DNA of 63,931 nt, counting the filler, from Octopus bimaculoides (Eukaryota): NCBI RefSeq assembly GCF_001194135.2. It is 7 parts of 7 records of this genome, joined end to end, with 100 filler letters (N's around TTAATTAATTAA, not from the genome) between each part and the next. Parts side by side here need not be neighbours in the genome. Positions count along the whole stretch, not along the records: positions 11,243 to 29,174 come from NC_068991.1; positions 29,275 to 45,038 come from NC_069006.1; 5 more parts are not named here. One strand, written 5' to 3'. Positions 23,398 through 35,669 of the stretch are shown here, piece after piece (within the stretch, counting starts at the first letter, position 1; each line of letters starts with the position of its first letter). Made by a program: the position numbers and the translations under genes. The notes below the pieces were generated by a model. It did no database searches. It was not told the origin of the DNA and saw nothing but the letters and a program-made list of their open reading frames with translations.

Positions 23398-25266
23398 TCT
23401 ATCCATAAAATTCTTCAACCTTACCTTTGCTCTCTTTATCCTTTTGTTTTTATATATTTACACACACACATATATATATATATGTGAGTAAAAATAAATA
23501 CAAAAAAAGGGTTTTGTATGATCGTGTATAGAGGAATATATTATTTTATTTAAGAGTTCCAACTCTGTCTGTTTTTTATGTTTTTTATTTATATTCTTGT
23601 AAAATTAATGTGGGATATAGAATATGGAATATATAATATATAATATAAAAAAAGATGGATGGTACAATGAAATGAAGTATTGAATGTCTTATTGAATATA
23701 TGGAATATGTCTTATTGGATATATGAAATATTGAGTGTTCAATATAAAGGATTAAATATATAAATATATAAAGGCGAATACGTATTTTCTATACCTTGTG
23801 GTATTTCATCATGGCCGGTATGACAGATAGATAGATAGATAGATAGATACAGAGAGAGAGAAAGAGAGAATTTACTCTTCTGTTATAGGTAGGATCAACA
23901 AAAAAAGTAGTCCATCCAGGGAGAGATAAATATTATTTAATATACATGATTACAAATGAGCTAGTAATAGTTTCACGCTTTAAAATACACGAAATTGGCA
24001 GATTTATATCAAAGAAATCTTAAAGCATGAATTTATTTGTACCACTCTTGCAATTGTGTATATTAAATGTGATATATGTATGCATATGTGTATAAACATA
24101 AATAATTTTGATTTTAGTATGATATGTATATTTATGCATACCGATGTAATCTTTTCAAGTTTGTATGTATGTGTACTTAGAACTTTATTGATGATTAAGA
24201 GTGCATACACACACATATATGTGCCTGTGTGTGTGTGTGTGCGTGCATGTGTACTAGATATTTTACATGACTTAATAAGCCAACTAAATGTTAACTACTT
24301 TGCAAGTGTCAGTATGTAAAACTCTTGAATTTTTCTTCATTTTTCACTAAGAAATTCCTGTTTTGGAGTAGGTTTGACATGAAAAATACTTCTTCATCCT
24401 AAGCCTTCTACTTAGTTAGCAATGACCGGTTCAAGTGCACTTTATAAGAACATTTTCAAAAGTCTGAGCTTTGTTTTTGACTTATGTCTCTTTACTGTAC
24501 TTAACAATTTCATATTCTGATCCAGTTACTAATTAATTTCTGGAATTAATAGTGTTATTCTTCAGACTAAATAATCTAAAATGAACAACACAGTGTTGTT
24601 TTCTTCACTCTTCCCCTCATATTTTTGCTGTCTTAAATTCTCTAACCATCAACCATCAAAATAAAGCTTGTTTAGAGAAATTAAACTTGGAACAAAAAAA
24701 AACAAAAAAAAACAGTAAATTTAATATTCATTAACTGAACACAAATTAATTACATCATTTATTTATAAAGCACCATTTGTTTCTAGATTCTAGCTTATAT
24801 TATTTATAAAAGCCCAACTTGTTTCTATTTTCATGCATAACCTTTATATGACAAGTGGAGCATATCATCTTAGGTGAAGTCTTTTTTATCATCAATTTAT
24901 TAACAAAGAAAGAACAGAGATTTGGCAGATTTGATAGAAATGGCAAACTGCCAAACTAAGTGCATTGCAGTATTCAATTTTACTTATCTGCCATCTAAGT
25001 TTGAATGCCTTACTTTGAGAGCACCACAACACTTTGGTTTAAAAGAAAATTCTTTTAATGAATCAAGTCAAGTGTTCCTGCAAATTAAGGAGTAGGTTTT
25101 AAGCTTTGCTAAACCAGCTGAAACAGTAAAATGATAATTAATTTTAATTTTAATTTTATATCTTTCATGAATTGTTGTCCAATCAGTGCAGTTATTTTCA
25201 TGTGTTTTATTCCCAATACATGTATAATGAGAAATTGGTTAAATATGTTGAATCTCTATATTAGAG

Positions 25267-25520
25267 GTGGAAGCACATGGCTTAGTGGTTAAGGTGTTGC
25301 CCTTATGATTGTAAGATTGTGGTTTCAGTTTCTGGACTAGGTAATGTGTTGTGTTCTTGAGCAAAACACCTCCATTCATGTTGCTCCAGTCTGCTAAACT
25401 AGTCAAAGTGAATAATCCTGCAACAGAATGGCATCCCATCCAGGGGGAAGGGTGCAATATATATGCCACAAAAACTGGTAAACCAGTCCTATGAGTCTAT
25501 ATAACTTGTGAAGGAGCTTT
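25267..25520 (+). mobile_element. SINE family C
   Basis: gtggaagcacatggcttagtggttaaggtgttg...gtgttcttgagcaaaacacc. Confidence 0.8.
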
Positions 25521-26160
25521 ATCCTTTATTTATGTTAGAGATATACATCCTGGTTATAAATATATTCTCTCTCTCACTCTATGAAAGTTAAGATTAATAA
25601 TGTGACATGAAGGATAAAATTAATAATCTGGAAGTTTTAAATGATCACAAAATGCATTTTAGAAAGTTAGATAAAAAATTTATATTCAATATCAAAAGGT
25701 TCCAAGATGATAAAAAAACATTTTGAATGACCAGGCCATGTGCCTTCACAAATACGCACACACATTCACACACACGAATGCATACATATGCATAGACACT
25801 CACATACATTATAAAATTTTCGGGATCTGATAGAATCAAAGTATTTAAATAACAGTCACGTACTTACTAAGGTAAATATGAATTTGTCCTTCCAGTTATG
25901 CACACATTCACAAGCATTGACCAAATGCACAATGTATGCGTAACCAAGATGAGAGGGTCACTATGCATTATGTTATTTGTGTGAAAAATCGTAAAAGTTA
26001 AATTTTACTCTTAATTCACCCGAAGCAAACGGGTTTTTTTTTTACATGATGTAATTGTTTTGTTCTTCAATAAAGAACATGTTTGGAACGGCTGTAGCGA
26101 ACCTCAGCCCAACTGTGTTATTGTTTACACATGTATATGTGTATATATATATATATATAA

Positions 26161-26650
26161 GCGCAGGAGTGGCTGTGTGGTAAGTAGCTTGCTTACCAGC
26201 CACATGGTTCCGGGTTCATTTCCACTGCGTGGCACCTTGAGTATGTGTCATCTACTATAGCCTCTGGCCGACCAAAGCCTTGTGAGTGGATTTGGTAGAC
26301 GGAAACTTAAAGAAGCCCGTCGTATATATGTATATATNNNNNNNNNNNNNNNNNNNNNNNNNNNNNNNNNNNNNNNNNNNNNNNNNNNNNNNNNNNNNNN
26401 NNNNNNNNNNNNNNNNNNNNNNNNNNNNNNNNNNNNNNNNNNNNNNNNNNNNNNNNNNNNNNNNNNNNNNNNNNNNNNNNNNNNNNNNNNNNNNNNNNNN
26501 NNNNNNNNNNNNNNNNNNNNNNNNNNNNNNNNNNNNNNNNNNNNNNNNNNNNNNACTAGGCTTACAAAGAATAAGTCCTGGGGTTGATTTGCTCGACTAA
26601 AGGCGGTGCTCCAGCATGGCCACAGTCAAATGACAGAAACGAGTAAAAGA
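26161..26650 (+). mobile_element. SINE family A, full length; internal microsatellite is an N gap
   Basis: Head 26161-26330, tail 26555-26650. Confidence 0.85.
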
Positions 26651-26654
26651 GCAT

Positions 26655-26752
<98 letters not shown>

Positions 26753-27079
26753 AATTTTCTGGGATTAGACTCAATGGTTTTGTTGTACACACACACACTC
26801 TTATATTCTAATCTCTGGACTGACTTTATGTACCTCCATCTCCATTTAACCCTTTCAATGATGCAGATCATACACAAAGCATTGTTGCCCAACAGTGACA
26901 TTTAAAGCCATTTACCAGTCAGTGTCGACACAATCCAATATTGCAACAAAAGTTATCACAGTTTGCTAACCTGACACTATTTTGATACTGGAAGCAGGAA
27001 TAATTAATAATTCCACTTTGTCAGGATTTCTTAATTGTTTCCTGATTAGATTTCTCTAGCTAGTTCCCTGTTCCCCCAC

Positions 27080-27121
<42 letters not shown>

Positions 27122-27691
27122 CCTATAGATTATATCGTTTGTGACTAATACTAATCGTACATTGTAGTAATTAAAACTTAATCTCATATCTGGTTATAAA
27201 CAAAAGGAAGTTGTAAACTCTTAACATTATTTCTCAACACACTTCTTGGCTATGTTTTTCCAGTGTAACTATAAACCTTTGTGACATGTAATGCTGCTCA
27301 AACTCATCCAAAGGAAGTTCATCTCAGCTGGCTTTGTAATTAAATATCAGTAGAGAGCCTGTTGCCATATGTAGGGCAGTGATAAGGTTGCTGTGTTCTA
27401 TAGGCAGAGGTGAAGGGTAGCAGGCGGGTAGTGGAGTTCAGGAAATCTAACTACTGATATAATTTCCAAGAAATACAGGGGGAAGAGAGAGAGAGAGAGA
27501 GAGAGAGAGAATGGTAGTAGTAGTAGGGTGACAAGGAGGAATGCTTGTAATTATGAATGATAGAGAGTTGTTTGGTGATTTTAAAGAGCCACAGAACACA
27601 CTAATATGTCAGTGTTTTGTTTATGATGTCTTCCACTTTGGGATTACTTACCATCACCTGTTAACTTGTTCATATTCCTAATATCCTTTAA

Positions 27692-27914
27692 CCCTTTCGA
27701 TACCAACCTGCCTGAAACCGCCTCTGGCTCTGTAGTACAAATGTCTTGTTTTCATAACTTTTTAGTTAAAATCTTTCACCAAACCTTAGTTGCAATTTAT
27801 GTTCCTAACTCTAGCTTAATGATAACTAAGTTATTTTACTAAATTCTTTGTTATATTTAAAATTAATTGAAAGAAACACAGAGCATCTCAAAACAAATAC
27901 GGTTAATGAAAGGG
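27692..27914. mobile_element. piggyBac-like MITE
   Basis: TTAA-CCCTTTCGATACC ... GGTTAATGAAAGGG-TTAA with TTAA on both sides. Confidence 0.75.
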
Positions 27915-28066
27915 TTAAGGCAGTGTTTCTCAACCATTTTTTGTCAATGGACCTTTTTTTTGTGCGTTTGAGGTGTCGATGTTTACTGAGTCCCGAAATT
28001 TGCATCAGTTCATACAGCTATCTGTGCTCTTCATCAACTGATGAGCCGAGTGATCCTTTGTCCTTT

Positions 28067-28310
28067 GTGAAGGTGCATGGCTTAGTGGTTAGGGTGTTGG
28101 ACTGATGACTGTAAGATTGTGGTTTCGATTCCTGGACTGGGTGATGCATTGTGTTCTTGAGCAAAACACTTCATTTCACATTGCTTCAGTCGATTCAGGT
28201 GGCAAAAATGAGTAATCCTGTGATGGACCGGCGTCCTGTCCAGGTGAGCGATTTATATGCCATGGAAACAGGGAAACTGGCCCTTATGAGTCAGCATGAC
28301 TTAAAAAGGT
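28067..28310 (+). mobile_element. SINE family C
   Basis: gtgaaggtgcatggcttagtggttagggtgttgg...gtttcgattcc...gttcttgagcaaaacacttcatttcac. Confidence 0.85.
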
Positions 28311-28384
28311 AAAAAAAAAAGAAATATGTAATCCTTTGATTCCTTTTTTACTTTGGTGGACCCTCATGACCATTCAACCTTTTA

Positions 28385-28790
28385 CCTTTTATCTTTTACT
28401 TGCTTCAATCATTAGACCGTGGCCATGTTGGGGCATCGCCTTGAAGAATTTTTAGTCACATGTATGAACCCTAATACTTATTTTTTAAAACCTGGTACTT
28501 ATTCTATCAGTTTCTTTTGTCAAACTGCTAAGTTACAGGGACATAAACACACCAGCACCAGTTGTCAGTTGGTGTGGTCGTGATTGGCAAACAGAGACAC
28601 AAAGACAAACATGAAGAGATGTATATTTATATATATGCAATGGGCTTCTTTCAGTTTCCATCTATCAGATCCACTCACAGGGCTTTGGTTAGCTCAAGGC
28701 TATGGCAGAGGACACTTGCCCAAGGTGCCACACAATGGGACTGAACCCCAAACTATGTGGTTGGGAAGCAAGCTTCTTATCACGCAGCCA
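28385..28790 (-). mobile_element. SINE family A, full length
   Basis: Reverse-complement tail and head with a short internal microsatellite. Confidence 0.8.
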
Positions 28791-28884
28791 CAAAAGATCC
28801 TATTCATCATCATCGTTTAATGTCCGTTTTCCATGCTAGCATGGGTTAGACATTATATTTTTATAATTAAATGTTATTAGGAAT

Positions 28885-29174
28885 TCATCATCATCATCAT
28901 CATCATCATCATCGTTTAACGTCCGCTTTCCATGCTAGCATGGGTTGGACGATTTGACTGAGGACTGGTGAAACCAGATGGCAACACCAGGCTCCAGTCT
29001 AATTTGGCAGAGTTTCTACAGCTGGATGCCCTTCTTAACGCCAACCACTCAGAGAGTGTAGTGGGTGCTTTTACGTGTCACCCGCACGAAGGCCAGTCAG
29101 GCGGTACTGGCAACGGCCACGCTCGAAATGGTGTCTTTTATGTGCCACCCGCACAAGAGCCAGTCCAGGGGCAC
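28885..29174 (-). mobile_element. RTE-related SINE/LINE 3' end with (GAT)n tail
   Basis: Minus strand ...GGTTGGCGTTAAGAAGGGCATCCAGCTGTAGAAAC...CCAACCCATGCTAGCATGGAAAGCGGACGTTAAACGATGATGATG; a 45-bp truncated copy lies at 28805-28850. Confidence 0.6.
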
Positions 29175-29752
29175 NNNNNNNNNNNNNNNNNNNNNNNNNN
29201 NNNNNNNNNNNNNNNNNNTTAATTAATTAANNNNNNNNNNNNNNNNNNNNNNNNNNNNNNNNNNNNNNNNNNNNAACAGTGAGAGAGAGAGAAGAACAGA
29301 GAGAGAATGAATAGAGTGAGAGAGAAAGAGAGAGAGAAGAAAAGAGAGGGAGAATAACAGTGAGAGAGAGAGAAGAACACAGAGAGAGAGAAGAACACAG
29401 AGAGAGAGAAGAACACAGAGAGAGAGAAGAACACAGAGAGAGAGAGAGAGAAAGAGAAGAACAGAGAGAGAATGAATAGAGTGAGAGAGAAAGAGAGAGA
29501 GAGATTATTGAAGCCAGCTAGTTGGGTTTTTTCCTTTTTAGCTGTTAGACAAACCAACCCCCACCGTGTAATGAGACTCGAAATAGTCGATGACGATGTT
29601 GATGATGATAATGATTGATGATGATGATGATGATGATGATGATGACGTCTTTAATTGACACAAGGTCAACCTAGATGGAAAGCCGTTCAAATGCACTATT
29701 GAACAAGAAGAAAGTTACACATGCACACTATAGCTAATTACTACACACGCAC

Positions 29753-29797
<45 letters not shown>

Positions 29798-29805
29798 TAT
29801 ACATA

Positions 29806-29975
29806 TACGAGGGTGTGCTGAAAACTTCCTGGCTTCGAGCAAAAGAAAAATAGAGGCGACTCAGTTCGTTCTGATTTTATCCAACAGATTCCCCTCCTCT
29901 AAGGTTCACACACCTATTGCAGCGGCTCTTCAATTTTTATAAGTCCTTTAAAAGAACTCGGAAGGCTAGAACCTC
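29806..29975 (-). mobile_element. Mariner TIR plus 3' remnant (same TIR type as the 12910 MITE)
   Basis: TACGAGGGTGTGCTGAAAACTTCCTGG TIR followed by the reverse-strand transposase C-terminal remnant. Confidence 0.6.
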
Positions 29976-30627
29976 AAGATTGAGAATCTTTGGAATGTCT
30001 TGCCAATAATAGATTGGCTTTGAAGAATCCACATCAGTTTCTTTTGCACTGTCTTCAAAAAACCTAGTATTTCTAAGTTATGTATGTATGTATGTGTGTG
30101 TGTCACAAAAGAAGCCATGTCCAAAGAGTTAGTTTGGATTGCACCATACGCAGCATAACAGCGTACCTTGAACGAGGCAGTGTTTGCTTATCGGCATGAA
30201 AGTGCACGATGACCAACAAGTGTTTCCTGATGTTAGTAGCAATCAGGAACGTAACATTTGTGCCGGCCTAAAATGTCGTACTCATGCTCTCACGCATCAG
30301 ACCTATTTTGAAATGCTTCAAGCGATGGCTATAGTCGAGAACTGTGACCATTTCAACACCTGACGCGTGGTAGGTACACTGTGAACCTGTTCAGACAACG
30401 TCAACTTGATGGAGAGAGTGAGCTGATGTACGGCATGAATATTTGATCATTATAAACAAATCATTTGTGCAGGTCGTTCCGCTAAAGCTGAAAGCTCTTC
30501 GACGGGAGAGTCCATCATGTGTGTGTGTGTCTTCTTCTTTTAAACGTTTCAGCTCAAAGGCACCATATGAAATTGAGAACCTACTAAAGCTAATGAGGGA
30601 CAAGAGACACTCAATATGGAATCGACA

Positions 30628-30674
30628 TAACCCTTACTTTAATCTCAACCTTAACCCTAACCCTAACCCTAACC
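30628..30674. repeat. Short interstitial (CCCTAA)n telomere-type repeat with degenerate units
   Basis: taacccttactttaatctcaaccttaaccctaaccctaaccctaacc. Confidence 0.75.
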
Positions 30675-31124
30675 AAAACTAGTAGGGGCAGAAATTCCTG
30701 GTCATGAAAAATGTCTCTGTTGTGGCCGCTTTAAGAATTCCCAACAGCCGATCCTGGGTCCGCGTTGAGAAAGAAACAAGGTTGGAGTGCCAGGTTAACA
30801 ACTTTGTCTAACTCCTCCAAAACCGGTGATGAGGTGGCCTATGTGTTTGATGCATCTGTGACGGCGGAATCGGGCCGGGCCGGACCAGAACAAAAAGGAT
30901 GCATGACTTTCAAGGCCAAGAACACCACAAAGGTGACCATCTGCATCACCCGACGCCTGATGTGCATCGGGAGGAGCCAAAATAAAGGTTATCACTGGTT
31001 TAAAGCATCTAAATAAAGAGTACAAGCTGTCTCAATAGAAAGAGCAGCGAAATGACAGAGAAGATCAGAAACATCAAGGACAAATGAATAGAACTATGTA
31101 ATCAGTAGTTACTTAACACATACG

Positions 31125-31163
<39 letters not shown>

Positions 31164-31804
31164 TCACACACACACAAATATATGCACACAAAATACACAC
31201 ACATACACACAAATACGCTTAGTCGAGCTCTCGTAAGAAGGAGGTGGAGAAATAACTGCAATATAGTTTATGCTTTGCCAACACCCAAGATTTATACACA
31301 TAATCCGATATGGCCGAATGTGTGTGTATGTATATATATNNNNNNNNNNNNNNNNNNNNNNNNNNNNNNNNNNNNNNNNNNNNNNNNNNNNNNNNNNNNN
31401 NNNNNNNNNNNNNNNNNNNNNNNNNNNNNNNNNNNNNNNNNNNNNNNNNNNATATATATATATAGAAAGATATGTGTGTGGTGTGATACGATTTTTACTG
31501 TTATTAAAGACACGATTATCTGGCCGAACAACACACCGATGAAGGTGCGGCCAGCGACTTAAACTAGTCGACAGGGCGACTAACGACCACCACCATCAAC
31601 ACTACAAGGACAACAATCACGCCAGCAGCAAGAGACGAACCAACGACAACAACAAAAAGAACAGAAACAACAACAACAACAACAACAACACCAGCAGCAC
31701 CAGCTGCAGCAACAATATGAAAAACACCAAGAAGGTAGAATCAAAAAGAACCACCACAACGATAGGACACGGCAACGACAAAAGTAACAACTAAAACGTC
31801 TACC

Positions 31805-31856
<52 letters not shown>

Positions 31857-32142
31857 TTGTCACAGCTGCTGTTGCTGCTACACATTGATAACTGTAACAA
31901 CGGTGACTACTCAGAGATGAAGCCTTCAACAACACAAATCCTCGGAAAGAGAGACGCGGAGTTGACAGGGTTTGCTCGGAGACGAAGACAAAATTTTCGA
32001 CAACGGGATGAAGGACTCGACGCCCCACCCCTCAGGAAAACACCCGTAAGGGAGGCTCCCGGTTAGAACACCGCCAGTGATGAATCGCTCCATGAGAAAG
32101 GGTTTTTCCACATGAGATGGGCCGTTTAAAAGAAAGTTACTG

Positions 32143-32350
32143 GATAAGTGATGGCTCAGTGGTTAGAGCGTCAGGTTCACAATCATGTGGTAGTGAGCTC
32201 GATTCCCGGACCGGGTTGTGTTCTTGAGCAAGACACTTCATTTCACGTTGCCCCAGTTCAGTCAGCTGTAGAAACGAGTTGTGACGTCACTGGTGCGAAG
32301 CTGTTTCGGCCCCTTTGCCTTTCCCTTGGATAACATCAGTGGCGAGGAGA
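32143..32350 (+). mobile_element. SINE family C
   Basis: tggctcagtggttagagcg...gctcgattcccggacc...gttcttgagcaagacacttcatttcacgttg. Confidence 0.85.
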
Positions 32351-32631
32351 GGGGGAGGCTGCTACACAACGACGACGAAGAGGGGGAGGGGGAGGAGGTT
32401 GATGGCGATGATGACAATGATGATGACGACGACGAAGATCGTGACGAGGAGGATCATGCTCTTCATTGCCATCATCATCATCATCACCATCATCATCGTC
32501 GTTTCATACATTCAAGAAGCTGACTTTACACATTAATGTAGCAGGAATTAAGCTAATTAAATCATATCTCATTACAACAACTTCCATATCGAACCCTGAC
32601 CCCACTAAGAAGGATGAAAAGATACAAATCA

Positions 32632-32684
<53 letters not shown>

Positions 32685-32888
32685 CACACACATACACCAC
32701 TACCACCAATGCCACCTACACCACCAACCCCGCCACCGCCACCACCACCAGGTTTCGAAATCGCGAACATAAAAAGAGCTAATTAGGAGGACATGAAACC
32801 CACCATCTTGCCAAACAGTCACAAAGGCATTCAGTCACTATTTCTTATTACACACACACACACACACCACACGTATGTACACACACAC

Positions 32889-32919
<31 letters not shown>

Positions 32920-32988
32920 TATACATATACAAAGACATATAATATGTACATGAGTTATGTATAAAATACATATATACGTGTGTATATA

Positions 32989-33032
<44 letters not shown>

Positions 33033-33303
33033 TATGTGAGTTTGTATGGTGTTGATATTACATCGGGCTTTTTCAGGGTTACCCACTTACACCGAAGCAG
33101 ATTCACGAACCTCCCAATTGGAAATAGACGACAGTGCAGGGCGCCCGGTTATTCACAAGTCCTTAAAGGAGCATTAAGATAACTTTGGGTCCGACTCCAC
33201 TCGTAAACTGAAATACAAAAAACAAAAGCAGAAAACATCGGCGGCAGCAGCGGTAGAACACCAAACTAAGTGTCCTTAAAAGAAAGTTTATCGACAGAAC
33301 ACT

Positions 33304-33567
33304 GATAGCTCTACGAGTTGACAGTACACGGATAAACTGTATGAGTTGATAGTGGGCGGACAGCTGTATTAGTCGGCATTAGACGAACAGCTGTACGAGT
33401 CGAGAGTAGACGGATACTTGTATGGGCCGACAGTAGGCACATAGCTATATGAGTGGGGAGTATACGATTAGCTATGAGTCGACAGCACAAGCATAGCTTT
33501 ATGAGTCAATAGTATATGGATGGCTGTATGAGCCGGCAGTTGACGAATGCCTTTATGAGTATCGTTT
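33304..33567 (+). repeat. 27-bp minisatellite, ~10 diverged units
   Basis: Approximate consensus GATAGCTGTATGAGTCGACAGTAGACG. Confidence 0.85.
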
Positions 33568-34049
33568 TCTCGTGGATAGGTAACGAGATCGTGCTTCGGT
33601 CTATGGTGCTTGAATTATGGCGAGATTTTCAATTCCAATATGGTTTGAAACAAAATGAAAAGACATATGTTATCAACAAAAAAAAGAAGAAAAAAAAAGG
33701 GGGGAGAAGAAAAAGAAAAGAAAAGAAATGAAAGATGAGTATCTTACAAAGACAACATTTGGATTAGCAGAAATGTCGAAGATCATATTTCGTAAAACGA
33801 CTGACAGTTTGAGATAAGATACAGATCGTATCTAACCAAATGGTTGAATTGATTATTTAACAGACAAAACCACAAATAATAGCCGGAAAAAATTGATTCA
33901 GTCTGCCACCAGCTTTACTGTTTGGTCGTTTTCTGTTTTTTATCATTATTTTGGTGATAACGGAGAGGATGCTGGGCGAGTAGTTATGAAAATTTCCTTT
34001 CTTTGATAACACGATTCGCATAAGAATGGTTGATATGTTAGATAGTATT

Positions 34050-34175
34050 GGCCTCAAATTTTGGCATACGGTCAGCAGCTTTACGGAGGGGTGGTAAGTC
34101 GATTACATTGACCCCAGTACTAAACTGGTACTTATTTTATCGATCTCGAAAGGAGGAAAGGCAAAGTCGACCCAA
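34050..34175 (-). mobile_element. SINE family B, partial
   Basis: aagtcgattacattgaccccagtactaaactggtactt...ggcaaagtcgacc. Confidence 0.75.
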
Positions 34176-34254
34176 CTACTATATTGCTACTATCACGATG
34201 TGGCCGCAGCGGATGTTTTTCATTCTGGTTTGTCTCCTTTTTTAGTATGTATAT

Positions 34255-34420
34255 TCGACGGGTTTCCTTCAGTTTGTGTCTACTAAATCCACTTACAAGG
34301 ATTTGGTCGGCCCGGGGCTTATAGTAGAAGACACTTTCCTAAAGTGTCATGCAGTGGGACTGAACCCGGAATCATGTGGTTGGGAAGCAAGCTTCTTACC
34401 ACACATCCATACTTGCGCTT
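34255..34420 (-). mobile_element. SINE family A head
   Basis: Reverse complement of the family A head. Confidence 0.8.
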
Positions 34421-35339
34421 ACATAAACAAAACCTCATACCCACCGCCAAATCCATTAAAACTTAGTAGTCAATATAAAAAGAAAGATATCGTTCTCTGA
34501 CTGGAAGATACTCAATCTAGCCGTGCCCCACTATAATGATGCATTAATAAGAATTGACTACAAAGAAAAAAATAGAACATTTGGGAAATGCCCGATANNN
34601 NNNNNNNNNNNNNNNNNNNNNNNNNNNNNNNNNNNNNNNNNNNNNNNNNNNNNNNNNNNNNNNNNNNNNNNNNNNNNNNNNNNNNNNNNNNNNNNNNNNN
34701 NNNNNNNNNNNNNNNNNNNNNNNNNNNNNNNNNNNNNNNNNNNNNNNNNNNNNNNNNNNNNNNNNNNNNNNNNNNNNNNNNNNNNNNNNNNNNNNNNNNN
34801 NNNNNNNNNNNNNNNNNNNNNNNNNNNNNNNNNNNNNNNNNNNNNNNNNNNNNNNNNNNNNNNNNNNNNNNNNNNNNNNNNNNNNNNNNNNNNNNNNNNN
34901 NNNNNNNNNNNTATATATATATATATATATATATATCATAAACACTTCCGTAAGAACAATGTTAAGATTAGTCACAGCTGCTTAAATAGTTTCGTATCGT
35001 AATTCGAATATGCAACCACAATCCAAGCCATGTAAACAGAAACACTTCACACAAACCGCCGAAATTATAGAAACACTACTTCCTATACACTTAATAACAT
35101 GTGCTTCACAAAGGTACTTGTGTAGAGAGAGAAATGTATCAACTGCAGATGGCATCAGAAGAAAGTACATTGACCCCCACGAAAAATATCTTTAAAAGCG
35201 GACACACTCGAAGCACCCATTCCTTTAGTACCAGAGATAAAGTTAGCTCCACCATTCTCCTGATTAACCTGAAATTTATAGGATGGCAACATAAGCAACA
35301 ACTGCTCAGCCCCGCGCATGCAGGTGAAGCTCTATGATC

Positions 35340-35660
35340 AACTCTAGCATATGGATAACCATGGGATTGCACCTAGAAAGTTACCCTCTGAGGAACAAGT
35401 CCGGACAAGGTTGTTTTACGGAAGACCAGCAGTCACCCATGCATACTGGCCACCCCGTCCATGTTATCCAAAGGAATGGCAAGGACCGATACCGCTTGGC
35501 ACCATTGACCTCACAACTCCTTTCTACAGCTGAGTGAACTGGAGCAACGTGAAATAAAGTGTCTTGCTCAAGAACACAACACACAGCCCGGTCCGGATTC
35601 AAACCCACGACTCCATGATTGTGAGCCCATCGCTCTAACTACTGAGCCGTGCGCCTTCAC
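35340..35660 (-). mobile_element. SINE family C, long copy
   Basis: Minus strand gtgaaggcgcacggctcagtagttagagc...gtttgaatccgg...gttcttgagcaagacac...gagggtaactttctaggtgcaatcccatgg. Confidence 0.85.
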
Positions 35661-35669
35661 AATGACATT

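Noticed and set aside
29275-29500. 18-bp and ~55-bp GA-rich tandem units
   Set aside because: Ordinary slippage-derived low complexity next to a gap.
31580-31860. Poly-Q/poly-C/poly-S ORFs
   Set aside because: Products of (CAA)n/(CAG)n/(CTA)n microsatellites.
33304-33567. CRISPR-like periodicity
   Set aside because: Eukaryotic context with contiguous units and no unique spacers or cas genes.
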